A DNA stretch of 64,000 nt from assembly GCA_963422205.2 (NCBI GenBank), contig CAXMWX010000007.1, forward strand, positions 96,001-160,000, written 5' to 3'. A program made the position numbers and the translations under genes. The number at the start of each line of letters is the position of its first letter. Position 1 is the first letter of the stretch. This stretch comes from Gammaproteobacteria bacterium. Lineage in GTDB: Bacteria; Pseudomonadota; Gammaproteobacteria; Eutrophobiales; Eutrophobiaceae. Of this stretch, positions 20,063-29,368 are shown piece by piece. Under the pieces are notes generated by a model. It saw nothing but the letters and a program-made list of their open reading frames with translations, did not search any database and was not told where the DNA came from.

Positions 20063-21265
20063 ATGTCGCTTCTCAGCATAGAAAGCGAAGCACAGGCACA
20101 GGAGGTGGTGCGCTGGGCGGCAAGCGAGGATGCCTCGATCAGCATTCAGGGATACAACAGCAAGGCGGGTTTTGGTCATGCGATGAGGGCCCGGCATCAG
20201 ATCACCACCCGGGCCCTGGCCGGTGTTCTCAGCTATCAACCTGAAGAACTGGTAATGACTGTGCTGCCAGGCACCCGCTTGTCGACAGTCGAAGCGGCGC
20301 TGGCTGACAATCAGCAATACCTGCCGTTTGAACCGCCACGGCTGGGCCGGCTGTATGCCGCCGGTAGCGATGCCAGCATGGCCGGGGTATTCATGGCCAA
20401 TCTGGCCGGCCCGGCGCGATTCAAGGCGGGGGCAGCACGTGATTATCTGCTTGGCATACGTGCGGTCAATGGTCGGGGCGAGCCATACCAGTCGGGCGGC
20501 AAGGTGATCAAAAACGTCAGCGGCTATGACATGAGCAAGCTGCTGACAGGCTCCTGGGGCACCTTGTCCATCGTCACAGAATTGACCTTCAAGGTGCTGC
20601 CCGCCCCGCCCTGCTGCAAGACCCTGGTGATAAAAGATCAGAGCAGCCGCACCGCCCAGCAGCTATTTCAACTGATCCTTGGCTCGCCTTATGAGGCCTC
20701 TGGCCTAGCGTATGTACCATCCAGCCGTGCCGGGCTTGATGGGCGCTGTGTCTATGTGCGCTTGCAGGGGAGCGCCCTGTCCACGCAAAGCCGGGCTGCG
20801 GCCATCGCCAAAGCCATCCCGCCCCATCATGCGTATGCCATCGTATCCGATGAGGCGGGGATAGCCATCTGGCAGGCGGTAAGAGACATCACCCCGTTCA
20901 CTGAGGCCAGGCACTATCCGGTGGTGCTGAAGCTGTCCATCCCGCCAGCCAGTATGGTGGAGGTGGCAGATGTCATTGAGCAACTGGGCGGCTGTTCCTG
21001 GTTTGCCGATGCCGCTGGTGCCTGGCTTTGGGTGGGGGTGTGTGCGGCGCTGGCGGAAGAGAAGATCGCTGCCATCCGCCGGGCAGTCAGCCAGCATCAC
21101 GGCAGCGCCATCCTGTATCGGGCAGCGGAGGAAGTAAAACGCAAGGCCGGCCTGTACGCCATGACAGACCCGGCGCTACACGCCATCAACAGGCGATTAA
21201 AACAGGCGTTTGATCCTCAAGGGCTGTTCAATCCTGGCCGGCTGGGGACTGATGATGCAAACTGA
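20063..21265 (+). CDS. glcE: Glycolate oxidase subunit
   Basis: YQPEELV, LPFEPP, GAARDYLLG, GGKVIKNVSGYDMSKL, FDPQGLFNPGR. Confidence 0.92.
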   Translation: MSLLSIESEAQAQEVVRWAASEDASISIQGYNSKAGFGHAMRARHQITTRALAGVLSYQPEELVMTVLPGTRLSTVEAALADNQQYLPFEPPRLGRLYAAGSDASMAGVFMANLAGPARFKAGAARDYLLGIRAVNGRGEPYQSGGKVIKNVSGYDMSKLLTGSWGTLSIVTELTFKVLPAPPCCKTLVIKDQSSRTAQQLFQLILGSPYEASGLAYVPSSRAGLDGRCVYVRLQGSALSTQSRAAAIAKAIPPHHAYAIVSDEAGIAIWQAVRDITPFTEARHYPVVLKLSIPPASMVEVADVIEQLGGCSWFADAAGAWLWVGVCAALAEEKIAAIRRAVSQHHGSAILYRAAEEVKRKAGLYAMTDPALHAINRRLKQAFDPQGLFNPGRLGTDDAN

Positions 21266-22529
21266 TTTTACCGAAACACAGTTGCTTGACCCGACCATGG
21301 CACAGGCCAACAGCATCTTGCGAAAGTGTGTGCATTGTGGTTTTTGTAACAGCACCTGCCCCACGTTTACCCTGCTGGGCGATGAGCTGGACAGCCCCAG
21401 AGGCCGCATATATTTGATCAAAGACCTGCTGGAGAACGAACACCAACCCACCGATCGTATCGTGCAGCATCTGGATCGCTGCTTATCCTGCCTCTCCTGC
21501 ATGAGCACCTGCCCATCGGGGGTGGACTATGGGCATCTTATGGATACCGGCCGGGCCTATGTGGAGGCGCACTACCGGCGTCGGCCGGCTGATCGGCTGA
21601 TGCGTGCGCTGCTGGCGTATGTCTTGCCCCGGCCATTAATGCTGAGGGCAGCCGTGTTGTTCGCTCCTCTGCTCTATCTGTGCAGGCCACTGTTGCCACC
21701 ACGATTACGGCAGGCCGAGCGCCTGCTGAGAGACAGGCGCCACGGCCAGGGGCATGTCTTTCGGCGGCCTGTCTTCAAGGTGCAGGCGGCGAGAAGCAAA
21801 GAGACGGTCGGCCTGCTGACTGGCTGTGTGCAATCCGTCCTGGGGCAGGATATCAATCAGGCGAGCATGGACATATTACAACGGCATGGCATCACAGTGC
21901 ATGAGTTCACCGGTTGTTGTGCGGCCATTGAACAGCATCTGGGAAAGACGGCCGCTGCACGCAGGAGGATTGTGCGAAACCTGGCTCGCTGGCAGCAGGC
22001 AGGGATCTCGACACTGCTTGCCAATGCCTCGGGTTGCGGTACTCAACTGAAGGACTACGACCATATCATGCAGCATGATCAACAACACCGTATCAGCGCC
22101 GGGCAGCTTGCCGCCAGGACAAAAGATATTTCAGAATACCTGGCATCACGGCAGCTTAACTTCGGCCATGCCACCGAGAAGCTCCGGGTCGGCTATCACA
22201 ACCCCTGCTCCTTACAGCATGGACAGCGTGTCCGGGAAGAGCCGATTGCCCTGTTAAAACAAGCCGGCTTTACGGTCAGTGTGATTGCCGAACCCCACCT
22301 GTGCTGTGGCTCGGCTGGCACGTACAATATACTGCAACCGGCGTTGTCCCGGCAGCTTGCCGAGCGTAAAGCCAGGCTGATTGATGCGCTGGCGATTGAT
22401 GTGGTGGCAACCGCCAACCTTGGCTGTATGTTGCAATTACAATCCTGTGTTGATGTGCCAGTCGTGCATGTCATCAGCCTGCTGAACTGGGCAACAGGCG
22501 GCAGCCGACCGGCACAGTTAGGGGCATGA
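21255..22529 (+). CDS. glcF: Glycolate oxidase Fe-S subunit
   Basis: CVHCGFCNSTCPT, CLSCLSCMSTCP, CCG domains. Confidence 0.92.
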   Translation: MQTDFTETQLLDPTMAQANSILRKCVHCGFCNSTCPTFTLLGDELDSPRGRIYLIKDLLENEHQPTDRIVQHLDRCLSCLSCMSTCPSGVDYGHLMDTGRAYVEAHYRRRPADRLMRALLAYVLPRPLMLRAAVLFAPLLYLCRPLLPPRLRQAERLLRDRRHGQGHVFRRPVFKVQAARSKETVGLLTGCVQSVLGQDINQASMDILQRHGITVHEFTGCCAAIEQHLGKTAAARRRIVRNLARWQQAGISTLLANASGCGTQLKDYDHIMQHDQQHRISAGQLAARTKDISEYLASRQLNFGHATEKLRVGYHNPCSLQHGQRVREEPIALLKQAGFTVSVIAEPHLCCGSAGTYNILQPALSRQLAERKARLIDALAIDVVATANLGCMLQLQSCVDVPVVHVISLLNWATGGSRPAQLGA

Positions 22530-22671
22530 GCGTGAATTGAGTCGGTGTGGGTACAGAACAGGGGACACCTGAGCGCCGGGAAGAGCAGTTAAAAACGATG
22601 CTTGGCTGTCACCTGAGAGCGGCAGGATTTCGCTTTGATTATCGTCAGTGATGGCCTTGCTGTTTTGGTAT

Positions 22672-23091
22672 TGGTGCCCGGGGCCGGACTCGAACCGGCA
22701 CGGCCGCAAGGCCGAGGGATTTTCGTACTCACTGCTGTTTTCACAGCTGCGCCCACCATCCTGTCACCTGGCGCATTTGTAGTCTGGACTTTCTCTTTGC
22801 CATATCACAGCCTTGCGGGCAATGCTGTAACGCAGGCAGGAGCCGTCAAGTCTCTACACTTTCATTGGCGCTCACCTGACATGGCTAAAAGTAAAACAGA
22901 TGGCTGCTGTGCAGCAATGTCATCATCCGCCATGTATACAATCAGGATCGTGCCAAGGCTTAGCTCGGGATTGCCACCCGCCTGATGCGCTGAGGTTTCC
23001 CCGAATTTGACTCCATTCACATCAGTTGTTTCCAACCTGTGTGCTCAATGTTGTTTAAGTCCCTTGTGTCTACCAATTCCACCACCCGGGC
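22672..23091 (-). tRNA. tRNA-Leu(TAA), split by a group I intron (exons 23057-23091 and 22672-22723)
   Basis: 5' exon GCCCGGGTGGTGGAATTGGTAGACACAAGGGACTT plus 3' exon AAAATCCCTCGG...GTTCGAGTCCGGCCCCGGGCACCA give an 87-nt tRNA-Leu in the usual Gly-Cys-Leu cluster position. Confidence 0.93.
22724..23056 (-). ncRNA. Group I self-splicing intron (333 nt, tRNA-type core)
   Basis: Inserted after U34; P1 CUUAA/UUGAG with a U.G splice-site pair; core AAATTCGGGGAAACC, GGCAATCCCGAGC, GTGTAGAGACT, GAGAAAGTCC; terminal G; no ORF. Confidence 0.9.
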
Positions 23092-23116
23092 TACTAGGGA
23101 AGTGAAGCTAAAAATC

Positions 23117-23190
23117 TGGAGGCTGAGCCCGGAATCGAACCGAGGTACACGGCTTTGCAGGCCGCTGCATAACCACTCTGCCACCCAGCC
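23117..23190 (-). tRNA. tRNA-Cys(GCA)
   Basis: GGCTGGGTGGCAGAGTGG...CTGCAAA...GTTCGATTCC...CTCCA, 74 nt. Confidence 0.95.
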
Positions 23191-23216
23191 ACTGTGCAAT
23201 GAGGAGATAGAGATGT

Positions 23217-23292
23217 TGGAGCGGGAAACGAGACTTGAACTCGCGACCCCAACCTTGGCAAGGTTGTGCTCTACCAACTGAGCTATTCCCGC
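23217..23292 (-). tRNA. tRNA-Gly(GCC)
   Basis: GCGGGAATAGCTCAGTTGGTAGAGC...TTGCCAA...CGCTCCA, 76 nt. Confidence 0.97.
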
Positions 23293-23417
23293 AAAACGTC
23301 TCTCTATCCTCATCAATGCAGATCATCCTGCTCTGTGGCTGCACATCTTTGGGAACATCCCCATTGTAACCCGCCACCCGTCTGTGTCAATCACCAGCAC
23401 AAGCAATACGCAAGGCA

Positions 23418-23981
23418 TCACTGTTTTGCCGCAGTCTCTTTTAATTCCGGCCAGGCGAGCAGCAGGTACTGGTACATTGACATGAGTGTCAGCACCGCAG
23501 CGATATACAATAACACCAGGCCGATGTGATAGATGGGTATAACGCCAACCGGGTCACGGTAGATCAACAGCACCAGGGCCAGCATCTGGGCCATGGTCTT
23601 CACCTTGCCATAGACCGACACGGCCACCTTGCTGCGCGCACCCAATGCTGCCATCCACTCACGCAGGGCCGAGACCGTGATTTCCCGACCGATGATCACC
23701 GCCGCCGGCAGCGATAAAAACATGCTCGGATTATCTTCCACCAATAACACCAGCACCACCGCCACCATCAGCTTGTCAGCAACGGGGTCAAGAAAAGCCC
23801 CCAGCCTGGAGGCTTGATTTAGCCGCCGGGCGAGGTAGCCATCCAGCGCATCGGTCAGTGCCGCCAGGGTGAAAATCGCACAGGCGAGCTGATAATTCCA
23901 GCCAAATGGCAGAGAGAACACCAGTACGAAGACCGGTATCATCGCCATACGCAATAACGTCAAGGCATTGGGTATATTCAT
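23418..23981 (-). CDS. pgsA: CDP-diacylglycerol--glycerol-3-phosphate 3-phosphatidyltransferase
   Basis: MNIPNALTLLR, TDALDGYLARR, GAFLDPVADK; synteny. Confidence 0.95.
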   Translation of the reverse strand: MNIPNALTLLRMAMIPVFVLVFSLPFGWNYQLACAIFTLAALTDALDGYLARRLNQASRLGAFLDPVADKLMVAVVLVLLVEDNPSMFLSLPAAVIIGREITVSALREWMAALGARSKVAVSVYGKVKTMAQMLALVLLIYRDPVGVIPIYHIGLVLLYIAAVLTLMSMYQYLLLAWPELKETAAKQ

Positions 23982-23985
23982 AAGA

Positions 23986-25806
23986 TCAATGGTGAAAAGT
24001 ATCGTAGATTTTTCTCGCCAGGTTTTTATTAATTCCAGGCACTTTGGCAAGCTCCTCCACACCGGCGCGCTGTATGCCCTGTAGCCCGCCAAAAAAACGC
24101 AACAAACTCTGCCGCCGCTTGCTCCCTACCCCGGCGATATCCTCCAGCATCGAGCGTTGGCGTTTTTTGCTGCGCTGCTGGCGGTGGCCGGCGATGGCAA
24201 ACCGATGCGCCTCATCCCGAATCGCCTGTATCAAATGCAGAACAGGCGAATCAGCCGGCAGGGGCAGTTCGGTTTTGCCATCCGAGCAAATCAGGATCTC
24301 CAGCCCGGGCCGTCGGGACTCGCCCTTGGCAACGCCGAGAATGGTCATGTCGGCCAACTGCATCTCCGCCATCACCTGCCTGACGGCGCTGATCTGGCCT
24401 TTACCGCCATCAATCAACACCAACTCCGGCAGGGTCTTATCTTCCCGTTGCAGGCGGGCATAGCGGCGCATAAAGGCCTGGGCAATGGCCGCATAATCAT
24501 CACCGCCCGTTATGCCCTGGATATTAAAACGCCGGTAGGCCGCCTTGACCGCCCCGCTTTGATCAAACACGACACAGGAAGCCACGGTGGACTCGCCCCG
24601 GGTGTGGCTGATGTCAAAGCACTCGATCCGTTCAATGGCATCATCGAGATGCAGCACCTGCCGTAACGACTCCATCTGGGCGGCATATTTCTCTTTTGAG
24701 GATAAGCGTGCCTGCAAGGCCAGACGGGCGTTCTCCAGTGCCATCGCCAGCCATTTGCGCCTGGCCCCCCGTTGCACATGGCGAATCTCTACCTTGCGCT
24801 GCTGTTTTTCACTCAATAAATTCGCCAGCAAGACGGCATCCTCGCTGTGATGGCTGAGCAGGATCTCCGGCGGGATCACGAGGTGCGGGTTATCGGTCAG
24901 ATAATACTGCGTGATGAAGGCATTGATGACGTCCTCTTCGGATGCTTCTTTGGTGTGCCTGGGAAAAAACACCTTGTTGCCGAGATTCTGTCCGCCGCGG
25001 ACATAAAACACCTGCACACAGGCCAGGTTCGCCTGCCGCTGACAGGCAATAATATCCAGCTCACCGTGGCTGGCGGTGATGTATTGTTTTTCCTGTATCT
25101 TTCGCAGGCTGAGAATCTGGTCACGATAGATGGCCGCTCTTTCGTACTCCCTGCGATCAGCGGCTGTCTGCATGGGATGGGTTAAGGCATCAATCACTGC
25201 CTCATTACGACCTTGCAAAAATAACACGGTATGTTCCACATCCCGGGCATACTCGGTACTGGAGATGGCATCCACGCACGGTGCTGTACAGCGTTTAATC
25301 TGGTATTGCAGGCAGGGCCGGGTGCGATTCTTAAAGAAGCTATCATCACATTGACGCAGCCGAAACAGCTTCTGTGCCAGATTCAGTGTGCGCCGGGCGG
25401 ACCTGGCGCTGGGAAACGGGCCGAAATAACGCCCCTTCCCCGACTTGGCACCACGATAAAAACTCAAGCGGGGAAACATCTCCGGCAAGGACAAATACAG
25501 ATAGGGATAACTCTTGTCATCACGCAGAACGACATTATAGCGTGGCCGCAATTCCTTGATCAGATTGCTCTCCAGCAACAGCGCCTCGGCCTCGGTGTGG
25601 GTGACCGTGACGGTGATATCACGAATTTGTTTGACCAGCGCAGAGGTCTTCGGGCTGAGGCGGCGGCTGGAGAAATAACTGCGGATACGTTTACGCAGGT
25701 TCTTCGCCTTGCCAACGTAGATCACGGTGGCCTCATCATCCAGCATCCGGTAAACCCCAGGACGTGGCGATACGCCCGCTAACCAGCTTGTGTGATCGAA
25801 ACGCAT
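23986..25806 (-). CDS. uvrC: Excinuclease ABC subunit C
   Basis: PGVYRM, YVGKAKNL, LRDDKSYPY, ECFDISH, LIDGGKGQ, RDEAHRFA, HhH. Confidence 0.97.
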   Translation of the reverse strand: MRFDHTSWLAGVSPRPGVYRMLDDEATVIYVGKAKNLRKRIRSYFSSRRLSPKTSALVKQIRDITVTVTHTEAEALLLESNLIKELRPRYNVVLRDDKSYPYLYLSLPEMFPRLSFYRGAKSGKGRYFGPFPSARSARRTLNLAQKLFRLRQCDDSFFKNRTRPCLQYQIKRCTAPCVDAISSTEYARDVEHTVLFLQGRNEAVIDALTHPMQTAADRREYERAAIYRDQILSLRKIQEKQYITASHGELDIIACQRQANLACVQVFYVRGGQNLGNKVFFPRHTKEASEEDVINAFITQYYLTDNPHLVIPPEILLSHHSEDAVLLANLLSEKQQRKVEIRHVQRGARRKWLAMALENARLALQARLSSKEKYAAQMESLRQVLHLDDAIERIECFDISHTRGESTVASCVVFDQSGAVKAAYRRFNIQGITGGDDYAAIAQAFMRRYARLQREDKTLPELVLIDGGKGQISAVRQVMAEMQLADMTILGVAKGESRRPGLEILICSDGKTELPLPADSPVLHLIQAIRDEAHRFAIAGHRQQRSKKRQRSMLEDIAGVGSKRRQSLLRFFGGLQGIQRAGVEELAKVPGINKNLARKIYDTFHH

Positions 25807-26453
25807 CATGCAGTGCAGTCTACCAATTTTCGTATGCGTTTGAACACATCACGAAACATCGCCGCCGTCAGCCGACCAGTGTTGATATTGTAGCGGCTGC
25901 AATGATAAGAATCGATCAAGGTATACCGTGCATCCAGTGCATGTATGGCCGCATGGGCAAAGCCGTGGGCGGTTTTCCTGATACCTAAGCTGGTCAGCAC
26001 GGCATCATGGGCAATCCGGCCCAGGGCCAGCATGATCAGAGGCCGGGGGAGCTGGCCGATCTCATTAGCAAGATAGCGGTTGCAGTTACGTATTTCAGCC
26101 CCCGTTGGCTTGTTTTTTGGCGGCAGACACTTCACCGCATTGGTGATCCGGCAGCCCGTCAGCTCCAATCCGTCATGGCGATGCCCTGACCGGGGTTGGC
26201 TGCTAAAGCCGAAATCATACAGGGTTTGATACAGCAGCACACCGGCGGCATCCCCGGTGAACGGCCTGCCGCTGGCATTCGCTCCATGCAGACCTGGCGC
26301 CAGCCCGACAATCAGCAGCCGTGCCTGCTGATCGCCGAAGGCAGCCACCGGGGCGGCATGATAATCCGGGTAGTCTGTTTTCACCTGCACCCGTAATGCC
26401 ACCAGGCGCTCACACCGCCGGCAATCTGCCTCATGGACAGCGGTTGCTTTCAC
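25806..26453 (-). CDS. Uracil-DNA glycosylase (family 5, UdgB-like, Fe-S)
   Basis: CRRCERL, GLAPGLHGANASGRPFTGD, TNAVKCLPP, SYHCSRYN. Confidence 0.88.
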   Translation of the reverse strand: MKATAVHEADCRRCERLVALRVQVKTDYPDYHAAPVAAFGDQQARLLIVGLAPGLHGANASGRPFTGDAAGVLLYQTLYDFGFSSQPRSGHRHDGLELTGCRITNAVKCLPPKNKPTGAEIRNCNRYLANEIGQLPRPLIMLALGRIAHDAVLTSLGIRKTAHGFAHAAIHALDARYTLIDSYHCSRYNINTGRLTAAMFRDVFKRIRKLVDCTA

Positions 26454-26519
26454 CGGCTAAAAACATCAACAAGCGGCATGAGCATGATCCAAAGGTGACC
26501 GGTTCATTCGGCAAGCCAG

Positions 26520-27647
26520 TTACTGGCAGTGAAACCCGCTGTGCTGGCACCAGAAGGCGAGCGCAGCGGGGATGCTGACATGGTTATTTACATGCCGTTG
26601 TTGTGAGGAGGCAGCATAAGCATAACGGCGCAGGCGATTTAACGCACCGATCGGCCGATGTGCTGGCAAGGTATGCCAGGGGGCGAAGGTGATACGTTCA
26701 CAAAAATCAATTTGCTCGGCCGCCATGAAGGATTGTGACGGAATGCTGATCCTTGCCACCGGAATGAAGGCCGAATCCGTCTCTGCCCAGGGCTCGGTTG
26801 GATCATTGATGCTCATGCCGAGCGCTGGCTTTTGCCGTTGTATGGCGAACTGAAAACAGGCCGCTTGTTCTGCCAGCTCGGCGGCCAATTGTTTTTGCAA
26901 AAAGTCAGGATCGGTATGCTCATCAACGGCAGGTGCTTCGGCGTGACGCTCAGCACAGGGCTTGGCTGCATATTTCACGTTATGCGGGCCGAGTTTATAC
27001 GGCGTGATACTGAAGTAGTCAGGGTCCAGCAGGCTGGCGGGCGGGGCACTCAGCGTGATCCGGGCGGTAAACAACTCTTTCAGTTTCCAACTGACGGGGT
27101 TTAGCGTGGGAAAGAAAAAGCCGACAAAATCCTCCGGCCGGGCGACCAGTTGATTGTAATCATGCACATTACGCACAAAGAATACCGGGCTGTTGGTCAG
27201 CAGAAAATCCTGGCTGGTCGTGTCCACATCATCTGCCTCCAGTGGCTCGCCCGCCACCTGCATCAGTTTAATGGCCATCCCTCGGGCATCATGGCGGTAA
27301 TCCTGGCTGGTCTTGAGATTAAAATGGCCATTGGAAAACCGAATCCAGCTACGATAGCGCCTCCCCGGCTGGGCGAACACGCCGTATTGCAAGTCGGCCG
27401 CAAGATCCTCGTGTACCACAAAATATGCCCGCAAGCAGGCATGGCTTTTGGCATGGGCGCCACGGGCGGTGTAGGTGGTCCGGTAGGTATCCACCAGCTT
27501 TCGAAAATTCACCTGTGTCGCCCTGTCCTGCTCGGCCTCATCGGCGCGTAAGGCCTCCTGGCTGAGATCCTGCTGCTCATCGGTACAGGCCACAAGCAAC
27601 CAAGACAACAGGGCGAGGATTGCCGGGGTGCCGGTCAAGGCCCGCAT
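26520..27647 (-). CDS. Short catalase-related heme lipoprotein
   Basis: Lipobox LLVAC; RGAHAKSH (distal His), RFSNG, DARGMAIK, QDFLLTN, HRPIGALNRLRRYAY (proximal Tyr). Confidence 0.85.
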   Translation of the reverse strand: MRALTGTPAILALLSWLLVACTDEQQDLSQEALRADEAEQDRATQVNFRKLVDTYRTTYTARGAHAKSHACLRAYFVVHEDLAADLQYGVFAQPGRRYRSWIRFSNGHFNLKTSQDYRHDARGMAIKLMQVAGEPLEADDVDTTSQDFLLTNSPVFFVRNVHDYNQLVARPEDFVGFFFPTLNPVSWKLKELFTARITLSAPPASLLDPDYFSITPYKLGPHNVKYAAKPCAERHAEAPAVDEHTDPDFLQKQLAAELAEQAACFQFAIQRQKPALGMSINDPTEPWAETDSAFIPVARISIPSQSFMAAEQIDFCERITFAPWHTLPAHRPIGALNRLRRYAYAASSQQRHVNNHVSIPAALAFWCQHSGFHCQ

Positions 27648-27648
27648 G

Positions 27649-29367
27649 TCACAGGGTCTTCAGATAAGCAAGCAGGGCATGGATGTCAGCATCGCTCAAG
27701 GCGGGCAGCCCATCGTAACCGCTGCCGTATTCATGCCCGGCATGGCTGTTACCGGGCAGGCGGGTATCAAACAGAAACGCCCCCGGCTGTGCCTGCTGCA
27801 CATAACCGACCTTCACCGGGTCGTACTCCCAACTGCCCAGATAGAACTGCTTGCTGCGTTTCGCTGCCGGCAACAGCAACTCATACAAGTTCGGCACAGA
27901 GCCGTTATGCAGAAAGGGGGCGCTGCTCCAGATACCGTTTAACGGCCTGGCCTTATAGGCGAGCAAGGCCCGGTCGGATACCTCCTCGCCCGCAGCGATG
28001 ATCGCACCGTTGACATACTTGGGCGGATGAATCACCGCAGCATGTCCCAGGCGGCGTGAATCCCGCTTCGCCAGATAGGACTGCAAGGGATTATTCTTTA
28101 ATACGCCCACCATCAGATTGTTGAGCATGAAGATGGCCGGTGCCTCGGCGGCCAGCGGCTCGCCACTGACATAATAACGTGGCCTGCCCTCCAGCAGGCC
28201 GCTCTTGCCACGGTGTTCAAGGGCATTCCTTGCCATCAGCGGGTCGGTGTTGATCTCATCTAAGGTACTCATACGCACCTTGATCAAACGCCCCGGGTCC
28301 GCCCGGTCAATATCCTGATGACAACGCAGACAGTATGTCTCATACAGCGGCCGGCCACGTGCCGCCGCGACGGGATCGATGGGCGGGAAAAAATCAGGCC
28401 ACAGGGGCGATTGCAACGTGCTGATGTGCGTCTCGATCTTACGCAGGTTGGCGGCGGCAATCGATGAGCGATAGCCCAGATCAAGACCTAAAAATGAGAC
28501 CGGCGTTGTCTCCATCTGTCCGAATACGCCGATGACCTCGCCGATATTGCGCGCCAGGGCACCGACATGGGCGTTCGATTGTGAACCGTTCCACTCGACA
28601 TAATCGTGTTGCGGGGTATCCCAGAGATAAGGGTAGCTGGCGGGTGCGTTCGGCTCGTTATAATTGCCCTTTGCCTGTGTCAGCAGCAGCGCCTTGTTGA
28701 GGATCGCACCGAAGGCATCCAGGCGGGTGTAGCCGTAAGGCGTGTTGCTGTGGTCGCGCTGGTTGGTGCGTCTTCTGTCTTCATAGACCATCTCAAGCTG
28801 CTGCCTGAGTGCAGCCAGTTCATCTGGTGTGACCTTCGGGCCGTGAATGCCTGCTCCCAGACGCTGAAGTTTAGGCTGATCGGCCAGGGTCGCCGCCAGC
28901 GAGGCTTCCAGTTCCTGCAGAAATAATTGCAAGTCCAGCATGGCCTGACCGCCATCGATGTGCAGCAAGATGTTGTTATAGCGTATCGCCTGGGTATGGC
29001 AGGCGGCACAGGTCAGCCCCATCGACTCACCCGCCCTGCTGATACCGATAGCCAGGCCGTCCGGGTTGCGGGCCGATTTTTTGCCGGGCAGAAAACCATA
29101 CCGCAGCATGTTTTCCGGGGCGCGCAACAAGGCCGTCTTGTCGGCCTGTTCCAGGTGCAGAAACACATCATACGGCAGCAGTTTCGAGCCTTGATTGATG
29201 TAATAAAACCACTGCCGATCCTGCTCGGTCCAATTTTGCTGTAGATATGTGACACTCGCCGGGGCGGTCAGATACGTCCGTTGCAGGCTTGTTCCCGGCT
29301 TATCCTCGGCACTGACGGGCTGGGCGAGCAATATCAATGCGGATAAAATCGTTAATCCGGGCGGCAT
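27649..29367 (-). CDS. Secreted RoxA-like diheme cytochrome c protein
   Basis: Signal peptide; CAACH and CLRCH; YKARPLNGIWSSAPFLHNGSVPNL; PGNSHAGHEYG. Confidence 0.85.
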   Translation of the reverse strand: MPPGLTILSALILLAQPVSAEDKPGTSLQRTYLTAPASVTYLQQNWTEQDRQWFYYINQGSKLLPYDVFLHLEQADKTALLRAPENMLRYGFLPGKKSARNPDGLAIGISRAGESMGLTCAACHTQAIRYNNILLHIDGGQAMLDLQLFLQELEASLAATLADQPKLQRLGAGIHGPKVTPDELAALRQQLEMVYEDRRRTNQRDHSNTPYGYTRLDAFGAILNKALLLTQAKGNYNEPNAPASYPYLWDTPQHDYVEWNGSQSNAHVGALARNIGEVIGVFGQMETTPVSFLGLDLGYRSSIAAANLRKIETHISTLQSPLWPDFFPPIDPVAAARGRPLYETYCLRCHQDIDRADPGRLIKVRMSTLDEINTDPLMARNALEHRGKSGLLEGRPRYYVSGEPLAAEAPAIFMLNNLMVGVLKNNPLQSYLAKRDSRRLGHAAVIHPPKYVNGAIIAAGEEVSDRALLAYKARPLNGIWSSAPFLHNGSVPNLYELLLPAAKRSKQFYLGSWEYDPVKVGYVQQAQPGAFLFDTRLPGNSHAGHEYGSGYDGLPALSDADIHALLAYLKTL

Positions 29368-29368
29368 G

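Noticed and set aside
22724-23056. Integrated element or homing endonuclease in tRNA-Leu
   Set aside because: Too short, no ORF, no att duplication; the features fit a bare group I intron.
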